From positions 96,001 to 160,000 of IMG/VR virus record IMGVR_UViG_2799112330_000002: a stretch of DNA of 64,000 nt; one strand, written 5' to 3'. The position numbers and the translations under genes are program-made. This stretch comes from a virus. Taxonomy: Duplodnaviria > Heunggongvirae > Uroviricota > Caudoviricetes. The notes beneath the pieces are model-generated. The model ran no database searches and was not told the origin of the DNA. It worked only from the letters and a program-made list of their open reading frames with translations. This document shows positions 1 to 10,692 of the stretch, in pieces. The stretch's first letter is position 1; the number at the start of each line of letters is the position of its first letter.

Positions 1-1
1 T

Positions 2-3000
2 CATAATGCTGGTATTGGACGTTTATGGGGAGATGTATTACAAAATACTATAATATCAGGATCTGGATTTACATATAACGTTGATGGTGATAGATTCTCA
101 ACTGATACTCCTTGTAAGACAAATGCACAAAGAGCAGCTGACAAATATAATGCAGATCATCAAAAAGATAATGATGGCCAAGGATATAAATATGGAGATG
201 TTCGTACATCATGTGATGGATATCCTATAGTAATATTTAACAAACCAAGAAAGAGAAATGATCAAGGCAAGATTGAACCCGGTAAATTTGATGAAATAAG
301 ATTTATTGGTCTATATAATATTATGACTGATAAAGGTTCTACTCCTTTGTTCGGATTTGAAACACTTAATGAAGAAGACAAAGGTACTATCTTTGATGGT
401 GGAACAAATCTTGAAACACAAGAAGTTAAAATTGAAGGTGAAAAGGTAGAAGTAACAGAACATGTCAATCAACGTACAGAATGTTGGGAATGCTTACAAA
501 ATGGTTCACAACTTGCACAGATGAGTACATTGATTACCGATGAACAAGACGGTTCAACTGCTACAACAAATGAAAACAGATTGATCTGGAACACATATGA
601 AGCTCGTTGGCCAGACAATGATGATCTTAATGACACTTTGACAAACAATCTTGAAACATTCATCAGATTCATTAACTTCTGTAAGAATGCTGTTTCTGTA
701 AGAGTTGGTGAAGGAGAAGGAAAGGATGGTTATAACTTATCTGACTATAGCGAAATAGATATAGATACTGCAACATTCTTATTTGATAATAAAAACAATA
801 AGAGTGCTATTGCAGAAACATATCCTAATTTAGCTAACTGGGATGGAAGACTATTCTTAATTGTTCCTGCTACAAGTTATAAAGACAAGAGCTCTGATTT
901 CCAAACAACAAATGATGATGGAATACTAGTACCAAGATCTGTTGATGAGATCACTGCAATTATTCAGGCTCAAATGGACAAGGGAAAGAATACAATCTAT
1001 TTCTATCAATCATATGAATCTGGAAATGTAACAGGACAATCATTTGCTCCATTATTTGATGAAAATACTTCTGTAGCTGACAGAGCAGAAGCAATATTCA
1101 CTCAATTAAGTGGTGCACAAAATCAGGTATTTACAGAATCTGTTTCTGATGATCCAAGTGAAATTGATTATGTATTGACAAACCAAGCTCCTGAAATTGG
1201 TAATAACTATGCAATATTTGATAATACTTATGATAGAGCAATCATCAAGAAAGTAATCAGCACAGATACACTTAAAGAAACTGTAAAGACTGCAAGAGTT
1301 GCAACATTTGATGGTAAACGTATTTGGAATGCAAACGACAATCAAGTTAAAGCTGGTTTGAAAGAAGCTGGTGATTTCCGTTATCCAGATGGACAAGCAG
1401 ATGTTACTGTATATCTTACAACTGAAAACGGTAGATTATATTACACAAATGAAATGGGTGAAAAAACCCAATATACTGGTGAATATGAGGATGAAGGATA
1501 TAATGGTAGAACATTGATGGATTACTTCTCTGATAAGAAATATGAGCACTTAGATATCTGGAAGGTAGCAGCATATTATGTATATCTTATGAGATTTGCA
1601 GCTGTTGACCAAGTAATCAAGAATACCATGATGACAACTGAAGATGGTAAGCATTATTATTTCATCAATTATGATAATGATACTATCTTAGGTGTACGTA
1701 ATGACGGTTTCTTGGTATATGACTGGCAGATTGATAGAACAACATATGATGAGTCATTAGGATCTTATGCTTATGCAGGATTTGGTTCTGTACTTTGGAA
1801 CCTACTAGAGCAAGATGCGGACTTCATGGATAAAGTACAAACTGTAGCAAATGCTATGGTTACTTCAAATGCCTTGACATATGCTATTGCTTTGGATATG
1901 TTCAATGTTAAGCAATCTGGAACATGGTGTGAAAGACTTTATAACAGATCACAAGACTACAAATATCTTTCAATCTACAATAATGAATATGGAGACCAAA
2001 AGAGAGTAGGTAATGATAGATTCTTAGGCTTCTTACAAGGTTCAAGAAGATCTCATAGAGAATGGTGGTTAAGACATAGATTTGATCTATATGATTCAAA
2101 ATGGAGAGCTGGTGAGTATGCTCAATCATTCTTAACAGTATACATGCAAATTGATGGATCAACAGAAAAACCATTCCTTGATATTGAGGCAGCATCTAAA
2201 TATTACTTCACTGTTCTATCAAATGGACGTCTATATGGGAATAACTTTGTAGAATTGAATGCTGGAGACAAACATACATTTGTTGCACCTCGTGGAACTG
2301 GTACTACAATTGGTGACCCACCACAACTTTTAGGTGCTCATAAATGTAGAGTAATTGACTTTAGTCCTTACCGTGACATGCTATCTGGTGTAATGAGTTT
2401 TGACTGGACATCTGATATGTCAATGGTACAAGAAATTATATTAGGAGGTACTACACCTGAAGCTGGTCAACCTAACGGCGCTGCTAATTGTGGTGTAACA
2501 AATATCAATAACCTCCAAAACGTAATTTCATTACAGAAATTAGACATTAGAACATGTAAGAAGCTTGTTACAACTAACTTGCCATTTGATCAACTTCCTA
2601 ACTTGAAGGTTCTATATGCTGATTCATCAATCATCACTTCATTTGTAGGAGCAAAATCAAATATTTATGAAGAAATAACTTTACCAAGTGCTTCATTACA
2701 AACACTTAAGTTAGAAGAAAATGAAATCACAACAAGATTCAAGTATCAACCAACTTCTACACTTAAGAACTTGTCATTAAAATATGTAAAGGGTATTGAT
2801 ATTCCTCATCTATTATTTGACTGGTATAAGTCTATTGTAACTACAACTACATCTGAAACATTCAATGGATATACATGTACAATTACGCTTAATAATAATG
2901 AAGTATTAGACTTACCAAAATACATTGGTGCTTCTGATATGGCAACTGAAGCTGATGACAGCCCATCTGTTATATTAGTTGATCTTGAAACAGTTAGAAA

Positions 3001-6000
3001 CTTATCAGAAGAACAACGTATAGTATTAGGTGGTCAAGATGATTATGAAAAGGCTGTTAATTACTGGAAGCAACAAGTTTCATTAAATCCTGATAAAGAT
3101 GTAAGACTACATTCAATGATTTGGCTTGTAGCTATGAGAAGAGCATTTGGTACTAATTCATCAGGTAAGCATAACTTTGATTTTGTTGATAATGCAATCA
3201 TCAAACTTTGGGGTTCTACTAATAGTACAATTGCTAAGGAAGATGGTAAGTTGACAGAAGAAGACTATAACTTACTTATTGATGAGTCATTGTTTGGTCC
3301 TTCATATATGGCATCTACCTCAAGTGTAAGATTTGAAGCTGCATGTACTTCACAAGTAACATTCATTTCTATTGTAGAGGATGGAAAGATCATACAGCCA
3401 ACTCAAGAAATGAACCGTAATGTATATCGTCTTAATTCAGGATCTACTGCAAATATTGTTACAACAATATTCCCAATGGGTGGAAATGAAACACTCGTAT
3501 TTGCACCTTCATTATGCGGTGGTACTGGCGGATGGAATATAATCAATGGTTCATTCCAACCATCAGAAATTGATGGACAAATAGTATATACAAGAATAGG
3601 TAATATTGCTGGAGAAAATAGTGCTTCAGTTTTGACAAATAGATCACAAGGTGCAGAATTGTATATTGGTGAATTTATTGGATCACAATCAGATACTACA
3701 GTTAATATGCAAGTTTCTGTTATGACAAAGACTGGAAATGAACAACCTAATCCTACAGGTAATATTATTTATCTTTCTATTAATAAGATCATTCCGCCAT
3801 TAAATGAACAAATAGTTATTGAAGATGATAATCAGCAAGTCGTAAGTAATATTACAATAACTAAAGCTCAAAAATATACATATAGTATATATTATGATTT
3901 AGGAGTTGATAATACATTAGAGTTCATTAATCTAAAAGTTAGAAATATTAGTATTGGATATGATCTATCAGGATCAGGTATTACATTAGATCAAATAGGT
4001 CTTATTGGTACATTTACTCCACATCCTAATACAGAAAAACTTGTGGTTGAAAACAATAGAATCAAACTTGGTACTATTGAGTATGATGCAAAAATACATA
4101 AAGCAAATGTATCATTTATTACTAATATAACTATTGATTATGAAACTGTATTGAATAATCAAAATAATGCCGCATCATTAAGATTTGAGGTACAAAATAA
4201 CCCAATTGATGAAATTGATATTGAATTTAATGAGGAACTTCTTGAAAGAACTTCTTATAGTTATTCTGACTTAGAAACAAAACTTGTTGAAAATGGAATT
4301 AATTATATCAATTATCAAGGTATATTAGATCTAATTGGAAGTGATTATGCACAAAATATCAATTATATTGAGTTAACTCAATACTTACAAGAATCAGATA
4401 GCATTAATTATGACTATAATTTGAAGTTTGATAAAGATGACGGATATAACATTGATATTAAATCAGTTAATGTAACAGATGTATCTGGATTACTTAACGC
4501 AAATGTCATTTTGAATAACAGAAATGCCTTTACAGAAAACAAGTTCACTTTACAGTTTAATGATAATAAGTTCTCTTCAATATATATGGGTTATATCTTA
4601 GTAACATTAACTGATGAATTTGATAGAATAACATATCTTGTAATTAGATATGATGTTGGTATGCTATACCCAGATCAATATGTTATCTATAAGCAAGATT
4701 CATATGACAATGTTGGAGACATTACTGATACAACTGCTAAATATGTTATAAGCAATACTGGTAATATATCAAATACAATATTAGATACATATGTATTAAA
4801 TGAATTGAATTCAGAAAATGCATTAAAACAAAAAAATATTAGATATACAATTAAGATTGCTTCATTTGTAGATGGTATTACTAAAGAATGGGAAAGCATT
4901 GATAATATTAATCATAAAGCTATTAAAGACTATTTGTCTAAATTTGAATTAAGATATAGTGATGACACATTAATAATTAATGATAATTCTTCACAATCAG
5001 ATAATCAGTGGAATAATAGTGATACAACTACTATCAAATATGTACATATAGAAGGTCAAGATGATGCTATTTACATAGATGGTATAAAGACTGGATTTGT
5101 ATTTAATTTAGTTACTAAATATGACAAAGGAGTAAATAAACCTGATAGTATACATATTGATATTATAAAAACATTATCTGGTTCAACATCTGAATTTAAA
5201 TATTGTTATTATACCAATATATACAAAGTAATGGCAAAATATATCAATGGAGAAACCCCAACACAACCAGGAGTATATGTATTTGACAATAAACTCAATT
5301 TATATGACACAAGTGTTGAGGTAAGCCAAACAATTGGTCGTTCATATGAAGGTGTATGCATTGCGGTTGAAGTTGGTGATGATATTGTTACATACACAAT
5401 TGATAAAGATTGTTTCAGTAATGATAATAAGAAAGTATTCTTCAATCCTGGATCAAAATTTGCTCAAGCTATAACTACTCATCCAACAACAGGTTCTCCA
5501 AGTATACCTCGTATAATAACATTTGATCATTCAAATTCTGCCCAACATTATCTTAATACATTAATGCCATGTATAACTGATATTGAAAATCCATCAATTT
5601 CAGCAAATGTAAATAATAGGGAATGGAATCAAGACTGGTTTATGAGAGGCTATATTATGTTATGGATTATGATATGTTATCTAAATAATGATAATATTAA
5701 TGGTTTATATACAATATTGGATAATGGTTATATAAATATGAATACAGATAATAGTTTAGATAAAAGATATGTTAAATTTAATGATAGTAATAAATATGCA
5801 TGGGATAGAGATAATTTATCTGTAGTAATAAATGAGGTCATTAATCCACATATATATGAACTTATCAATGAAAATAAACTTTATGAATATATCTATAACT
5901 GGTATTGCTTTGTTTCTACAATGTTTACACTGGCCGACAATAATAATCAAAGAATGATTAATGGGCAAAAGGATGATATTAATATAATTATATCTTCTGT

Positions 6001-6781
6001 ATCATCATTAAAATCAATAGCAAATGGATCAATTCTTGGTTATGATAGCACAAATTCAATTGAAGAAATCACAGAGAATACAACGTTAGATGTTCTTTAT
6101 AAACTATTTGCATATAAGAAATATATGAAGAACAATAATGCAAGAACAAAATTTGTTCAAACTAATTCAATTATTGGTCTTCATGATAAATATGCAAACA
6201 ATATGGGTACAAATACTATTATCTATAATAAAGAACAAATATTCAATTTATATCAAATAATAGGAGATATACAATCTGATCTTAGTGCAGCTATCAGTAA
6301 GTTTGGTGATAATAACATATATAATATAAATAATTTATTCTATAACGCAACTAATACAGAAGGCGATAAATTAAGTAAGTATTTGAATAATTATCATACT
6401 ATAACTAATGATAGACCTGCTCTAAAATCAATGAATAGCGCTTATATAGCTGAAATTGCCGATAGTAAGTATAGAAATAGTACATCACCTATTGTTTCAA
6501 CTGAAGAAAGTGATTATAAAGTATATTGGACAGAAGATTCATTATTGAATTATGGCTATCCTAATGGAGATACTCTTTACATAAATGAATATGAAATGAT
6601 ATGTAATGAAGGATTGGTTGGACTTGGTGCTTGGTTATTCTATACTGGAACAAGCGGAGTAAGTGCTATGCAACTTGTAGATAATTATACAATATCTGGT
6701 GAAGGAAAAGTAATAAATAACTTACCAGTAAATAATAACTATAAATTATCTGTAATATATGGTCCTGAATTAAAGGGATAA
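2..6781 (+). CDS. Giant virion/tail-associated protein with N-terminal CotH-kinase-like domain and LRR-like region (5'-truncated by window edge, >2250 aa)
   Basis: Frame is open from nt 2 (HNAGIGRLW...DVRTSCDGYPIVIF...FIGLYNIMTDK) into the 323 ORF. FAAVDQVIKN and YFINYDNDTILG resemble CotH kinase motifs; LQKLDIRTCKKL/LPNLKVLYA are LRR-like. Confidence 0.6.
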   Translation, partial: HNAGIGRLWGDVLQNTIISGSGFTYNVDGDRFSTDTPCKTNAQRAADKYNADHQKDNDGQGYKYGDVRTSCDGYPIVIFNKPRKRNDQGKIEPGKFDEIRFIGLYNIMTDKGSTPLFGFETLNEEDKGTIFDGGTNLETQEVKIEGEKVEVTEHVNQRTECWECLQNGSQLAQMSTLITDEQDGSTATTNENRLIWNTYEARWPDNDDLNDTLTNNLETFIRFINFCKNAVSVRVGEGEGKDGYNLSDYSEIDIDTATFLFDNKNNKSAIAETYPNLANWDGRLFLIVPATSYKDKSSDFQTTNDDGILVPRSVDEITAIIQAQMDKGKNTIYFYQSYESGNVTGQSFAPLFDENTSVADRAEAIFTQLSGAQNQVFTESVSDDPSEIDYVLTNQAPEIGNNYAIFDNTYDRAIIKKVISTDTLKETVKTARVATFDGKRIWNANDNQVKAGLKEAGDFRYPDGQADVTVYLTTENGRLYYTNEMGEKTQYTGEYEDEGYNGRTLMDYFSDKKYEHLDIWKVAAYYVYLMRFAAVDQVIKNTMMTTEDGKHYYFINYDNDTILGVRNDGFLVYDWQIDRTTYDESLGSYAYAGFGSVLWNLLEQDADFMDKVQTVANAMVTSNALTYAIALDMFNVKQSGTWCERLYNRSQDYKYLSIYNNEYGDQKRVGNDRFLGFLQGSRRSHREWWLRHRFDLYDSKWRAGEYAQSFLTVYMQIDGSTEKPFLDIEAASKYYFTVLSNGRLYGNNFVELNAGDKHTFVAPRGTGTTIGDPPQLLGAHKCRVIDFSPYRDMLSGVMSFDWTSDMSMVQEIILGGTTPEAGQPNGAANCGVTNINNLQNVISLQKLDIRTCKKLVTTNLPFDQLPNLKVLYADSSIITSFVGAKSNIYEEITLPSASLQTLKLEENEITTRFKYQPTSTLKNLSLKYVKGIDIPHLLFDWYKSIVTTTTSETFNGYTCTITLNNNEVLDLPKYIGASDMATEADDSPSVILVDLETVRNLSEEQRIVLGGQDDYEKAVNYWKQQVSLNPDKDVRLHSMIWLVAMRRAFGTNSSGKHNFDFVDNAIIKLWGSTNSTIAKEDGKLTEEDYNLLIDESLFGPSYMASTSSVRFEAACTSQVTFISIVEDGKIIQPTQEMNRNVYRLNSGSTANIVTTIFPMGGNETLVFAPSLCGGTGGWNIINGSFQPSEIDGQIVYTRIGNIAGENSASVLTNRSQGAELYIGEFIGSQSDTTVNMQVSVMTKTGNEQPNPTGNIIYLSINKIIPPLNEQIVIEDDNQQVVSNITITKAQKYTYSIYYDLGVDNTLEFINLKVRNISIGYDLSGSGITLDQIGLIGTFTPHPNTEKLVVENNRIKLGTIEYDAKIHKANVSFITNITIDYETVLNNQNNAASLRFEVQNNPIDEIDIEFNEELLERTSYSYSDLETKLVENGINYINYQGILDLIGSDYAQNINYIELTQYLQESDSINYDYNLKFDKDDGYNIDIKSVNVTDVSGLLNANVILNNRNAFTENKFTLQFNDNKFSSIYMGYILVTLTDEFDRITYLVIRYDVGMLYPDQYVIYKQDSYDNVGDITDTTAKYVISNTGNISNTILDTYVLNELNSENALKQKNIRYTIKIASFVDGITKEWESIDNINHKAIKDYLSKFELRYSDDTLIINDNSSQSDNQWNNSDTTTIKYVHIEGQDDAIYIDGIKTGFVFNLVTKYDKGVNKPDSIHIDIIKTLSGSTSEFKYCYYTNIYKVMAKYINGETPTQPGVYVFDNKLNLYDTSVEVSQTIGRSYEGVCIAVEVGDDIVTYTIDKDCFSNDNKKVFFNPGSKFAQAITTHPTTGSPSIPRIITFDHSNSAQHYLNTLMPCITDIENPSISANVNNREWNQDWFMRGYIMLWIMICYLNNDNINGLYTILDNGYINMNTDNSLDKRYVKFNDSNKYAWDRDNLSVVINEVINPHIYELINENKLYEYIYNWYCFVSTMFTLADNNNQRMINGQKDDINIIISSVSSLKSIANGSILGYDSTNSIEEITENTTLDVLYKLFAYKKYMKNNNARTKFVQTNSIIGLHDKYANNMGTNTIIYNKEQIFNLYQIIGDIQSDLSAAISKFGDNNIYNINNLFYNATNTEGDKLSKYLNNYHTITNDRPALKSMNSAYIAEIADSKYRNSTSPIVSTEESDYKVYWTEDSLLNYGYPNGDTLYINEYEMICNEGLVGLGAWLFYTGTSGVSAMQLVDNYTISGEGKVINNLPVNNNYKLSVIYGPELKG

Positions 6782-6789
6782 GATGACAA

Positions 6790-6818
6790 AATGTTAGGGA
6801 ACTTAGTTCCCTAACATT
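6790..6818. terminator. Intrinsic terminator hairpin
   Basis: aatgttagggaac-tta-gttccctaacatt directly after the giant ORF stop. Confidence 0.7.
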
Positions 6819-6863
6819 TACAATATTTATTAAGAAAAAAATAAACATTATAATAATTTCATT

Positions 6864-7349
6864 ATGAATAAAATTTTTATAGAAACAGGAAGTTTTAACA
6901 AGTATATTCCATTATCACAAATCAAAAATGGTAAATATAAAATTTCTTGGGAATTAGAAGAAATTAATTCAGGAATGTATAAGTGGAAATATACAATTGT
7001 TGATAGCAAGCCATCATTATCATTTGTAAAAACATTAATTGAAGATAGCATTAATAATGATATTAAAAATGTTATTGTAAATGGTTTTTATTGGAATGAC
7101 ATGCATATTTATCTTACTGTTGAGCATCAATTAGACTATAAGTTATTATATGATTCTACAATGATACTTGATGGTACTAACTTACCAGAGAATGCAAGAT
7201 TTGAAGTAAATGGTAAACCAATTATCTATAAGTTCAAATCAATTGATGATCTACAGGATTTCATTTTATGTATGAATGAACATATTAGAAAATGCATTAA
7301 TGCTGGTTATGAAAGAAAAGAAAAGATAATATATTCTGACTATGAATAA
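6864..7349 (+). CDS. Tail-fibre assembly-like protein (DUF4376-like)
   Basis: NGFYWNDMHIYLTVEHQLDYKLLYD resembles small Bacteroidota phage proteins found next to fibre genes. Confidence 0.4.
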   Translation: MNKIFIETGSFNKYIPLSQIKNGKYKISWELEEINSGMYKWKYTIVDSKPSLSFVKTLIEDSINNDIKNVIVNGFYWNDMHIYLTVEHQLDYKLLYDSTMILDGTNLPENARFEVNGKPIIYKFKSIDDLQDFILCMNEHIRKCINAGYERKEKIIYSDYE

Positions 7350-7357
7350 ACAACAAG

Positions 7358-7384
7358 AAAGGTAGTATTTTATACTACCTTTTT
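7358..7384. terminator. Bidirectional terminator between convergent genes
   Basis: aaaggtagtat-ttt-atactaccttt. Confidence 0.7.
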
Positions 7385-7604
7385 ATATTTGTGCAAGAAT
7401 ACGATTACATTCATCAAATATTTCTAAAGCATTATTTCTTATATTGAAAACATTTGTCCGATCCATAAAATTCTGATCATTTTTTGTTTGTTGATTTTCA
7501 GATATTCTATTCTCTAATGATTTCTTAGATACCATATTGTTAAATGCTATAGACAAATTCATTAAGTTATTTCGTAGTTTATCTATTTCATACTGAGTTA
7601 TCAT
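7383..7604 (-). CDS. Hypothetical protein (73 aa)
   Basis: Fills the gap and ends at the bidirectional terminator. Confidence 0.55.
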   Translation of the reverse strand: MITQYEIDKLRNNLMNLSIAFNNMVSKKSLENRISENQQTKNDQNFMDRTNVFNIRNNALEIFDECNRILAQI

Positions 7605-7641
7605 AGTGTTAAACCTATATTTTTATTAAAAATAATTTTTT

Positions 7642-7656
7642 TTATTTTTAATTATA
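7642..7656 (+). promoter_or_regulatory. Putative late promoter motif TTATTTTTAATTATA
   Basis: Exact 15-mer found 8 times in intergenic DNA, always facing the adjacent gene. Confidence 0.6.
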
Positions 7657-7691
7657 TAAAATATACATAGAGCATATACATATATTATAAT

Positions 7692-8411
7692 ATGGGGAAT
7701 AGTTATAGTAATTCAGTGAAGACATCTGAATTGGCAAGAATAACTAATATTAACATCATTGAAGGTCTTGAAGATCAGTTTTGGATTCCTGTAGCTTATT
7801 ATAACAGTTTGACTAATTCATATAACAATTTAGCCATAAATCTATCTGCTATATTAAGTTACAGTAATTCTTATTCATATAACCTATTCTCATATGAACT
7901 ACAAAACATAGCTTATTATATTATAGATAACAATGATGTAAGCTATAGTTATGTTGAGCCTTATGATATAGATTATGATCAAATATATAATGTTTGCTAT
8001 ACGTATATAAATAGTGTCTATTCAGAAAAGCTGGCATATCTTATAGCAAATCAAAGACAGAAAACATCTTCTTCCTCAGCAATGAGATCAAATTCAAAGA
8101 AGATTTCTGAATTGACTGCAAGAGATGTAATTACTTATCATAAAGATCATTCTTGGTTCCCTGTTGCTCAATATGATTCACGAATTAATTCTTATGTCAA
8201 TCTAGCAATGAATCTTGAATCTATTACTTCATATTCTATCAATACTGTCAAGGATGACTATAAAGACTTAGAATCATTAAAGGGATTGGCATATTCATAT
8301 AATGATAGTTCAGAAATAGCATATGTCATCAATAATTCAAATATAGCTAACAATATAGTCTCATATGCTTTTGCATATAACAAAGACTATTTTGAATGGC
8401 AATTCTTATAA
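7692..8411 (+). CDS. Putative structural protein with two internal K(T/I)SEL...W.PVA.Y repeats, SY-rich
   Basis: KTSEL..FWIPVAYYNSLTNSYNNLAINL and KISEL..SWFPVAQYDSRINSYVNLAMNL. Confidence 0.55.
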   Translation: MGNSYSNSVKTSELARITNINIIEGLEDQFWIPVAYYNSLTNSYNNLAINLSAILSYSNSYSYNLFSYELQNIAYYIIDNNDVSYSYVEPYDIDYDQIYNVCYTYINSVYSEKLAYLIANQRQKTSSSSAMRSNSKKISELTARDVITYHKDHSWFPVAQYDSRINSYVNLAMNLESITSYSINTVKDDYKDLESLKGLAYSYNDSSEIAYVINNSNIANNIVSYAFAYNKDYFEWQFL

Positions 8412-8416
8412 TTAGC

Positions 8417-9445
8417 ATGCCAGACATAAACAATAAGATAACATTAGAAGAAATTCAGAATCTGTTGATTGAAAAGAAATTTGTAAGAATTGAATCTGAC
8501 AGATATACTGATGATGCTTATGATTTTATTCGTTCATTGATAGATCAGGAGCATGCTATATTATTTGACAAATCTAAACATCGTATCTATACATTAGGTG
8601 ATTATTATGGAGGTGATGTATTCAAGGAAAACTTATATTTTTATTCTAAGATAAAGCATGTAGATATAGATGACACTATAATTGAAGAGATCAATGCTAT
8701 AGCTCCAGAATCAGAATTATCTATAGAATCAAAGGATGGCATTAATATAAGTTTTGAAAATGAAAAGATAACATTTGGATTAACTATAAAAGAACTTATA
8801 GAAGAAAATTCAAATTCTAAATATAAGTTAATCATTAATGACAATAATAAGATTGATATTATTGAGTATCATTCTCCAGTTATTTCTATTAATAAAGTTG
8901 AATTCAATCCAAATAAGACACAGTTGACATTAGCATATCAGATTGATTCTATAAATAATCCTGATGACTGGGAAGAATTTGATGTAGAATGTGAAAACTG
9001 TGAACTAGTATCTTTGAATAAGACATCAAAATTAATAACAATTGGTACTAATAATGATAATTACTATAATCATATAAATGAAAAGATAAAGTTTGTTTAT
9101 AATGATTTATATGAAACAGGTGAAATCATAATAGATGGAATATATAACATATATGTATTCTATGGAACATATGACATTAACTATTCCAGATTTGTACAAT
9201 TAGGCAAGATCAATATTGATGATGTCTTTACTAGTGTTATTACAATCAATCAAAGAACAAATGAAAGAGCATATATACAATTACCAAGCAATATGAAAGT
9301 GATATTCATGGATAACATTAGAAATATTCAAGGGGCTTGGTATAAACAAAATACAACAGTCATAAACAATCTCAACTATAAGACTTATTGCACTACTAAT
9401 GACAAATTAGGAAAAATGAGTTGGAAAATTATTAATAATCAGTAA
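8417..9445 (+). CDS. Hypothetical, probably virion structural protein
   Basis: Long ORF in a tightly packed structural operon; ATG at 8417 preferred over the overlapping 8396 start. Confidence 0.55.
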   Translation: MPDINNKITLEEIQNLLIEKKFVRIESDRYTDDAYDFIRSLIDQEHAILFDKSKHRIYTLGDYYGGDVFKENLYFYSKIKHVDIDDTIIEEINAIAPESELSIESKDGINISFENEKITFGLTIKELIEENSNSKYKLIINDNNKIDIIEYHSPVISINKVEFNPNKTQLTLAYQIDSINNPDDWEEFDVECENCELVSLNKTSKLITIGTNNDNYYNHINEKIKFVYNDLYETGEIIIDGIYNIYVFYGTYDINYSRFVQLGKINIDDVFTSVITINQRTNERAYIQLPSNMKVIFMDNIRNIQGAWYKQNTTVINNLNYKTYCTTNDKLGKMSWKIINNQ

Positions 9446-9447
9446 GA

Positions 9448-10647
9448 ATGGATCTATCATATAATAGAAGTATTTTCACAAAGGTCAATAAATGGGATAA
9501 TGAATATTCATATAATGGAATACTAGTATCTGGTAAGCTTAATCAGTTGAATGGGCAAGGCTACAAGATATTAGATGTCATTGATCTTGACTGGGATGGG
9601 GCATACATCAATAATCTTAATTCTTATATCTATACAACAGAAGATCTTATAAAAGTATTAGACAAGTATGCAGATAACTTTTCTTATATTGGGGCAAACT
9701 ATGTAAAATATTCTTATCTTAATGACTTTATTGAAGAAACAAATGAAAATATTGAAAATCTTATTGATGATAGAGCAACATATATTCAGTCTTATGTTCT
9801 TGAAAATATTATTGAAGCATTGACATTTGACTATGATATTCTTAATTCTATTTCTGATCTTATTCTTGACCGTACAAAATATATTGAAATTAATTATGAT
9901 GACATAGATTTCAATGATCCTACGGCTGAATACTATATATATGAAGATAATGAATATAAGCTTGTTGATTTTGACTATATAAGAAATCATCCAGATCAGA
10001 CATACTATGAATTCTTAATTAAAGACATTATCAAACTTCAAAAGAACTATAATATATTAAGAGATATAGTTGGCTCAAAAGAATATAATGAGATTGATGA
10101 TAGTTATACATATACTGGTCTGCAAGAAGATATCTATAATATAAATAATGATATAGCATATCTTACAGAATATACTGACCAATCTTATTATTATGCTTAT
10201 ACTGCTTATAATACTTCAAATATAAACAAAGAAAGAATAGGATATCATTCAATATATAATATATATGAAGTATGTAAGGATCCTGCAAATTATGATGGAC
10301 AACTATATGTTTATGACAATGAATCATATATTCCCGCTTCTTATAATTCATTATATAATGGAGATTATTATGTATATTATCCAAAGATAGATGGTACTGG
10401 CATTGAAAAAGAATTAGAAGATATTAAAGACAAGATATCTAGCAGTACTATAGAAGCTAACAATTTAGATCCAGAAAATGTTATTTTTAATATAAATAAT
10501 GATGGCATTAATAACAAGAAAATCATTAATTTAGGAATAAAGAAAAGTGAATTGAATAAAGAAAGCGGTGACATTAGTTATGGAATTGTAACTACAGAAA
10601 CGTTAATTGATTCATTTACATATTTTTATGAATGGAAATTATTATAA
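9448..10647 (+). CDS. Putative fibre/structural protein with IDLDWDGA motif, Tyr-rich
   Basis: Shares ID.DW.GA...TT.(D/E)L with ORF 61560..63194. Confidence 0.55.
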   Translation: MDLSYNRSIFTKVNKWDNEYSYNGILVSGKLNQLNGQGYKILDVIDLDWDGAYINNLNSYIYTTEDLIKVLDKYADNFSYIGANYVKYSYLNDFIEETNENIENLIDDRATYIQSYVLENIIEALTFDYDILNSISDLILDRTKYIEINYDDIDFNDPTAEYYIYEDNEYKLVDFDYIRNHPDQTYYEFLIKDIIKLQKNYNILRDIVGSKEYNEIDDSYTYTGLQEDIYNINNDIAYLTEYTDQSYYYAYTAYNTSNINKERIGYHSIYNIYEVCKDPANYDGQLYVYDNESYIPASYNSLYNGDYYVYYPKIDGTGIEKELEDIKDKISSSTIEANNLDPENVIFNINNDGINNKKIINLGIKKSELNKESGDISYGIVTTETLIDSFTYFYEWKLL

Positions 10648-10692
10648 AAACAATATATAAATAATTAAAAAATATATAAAATATAAAATTTT

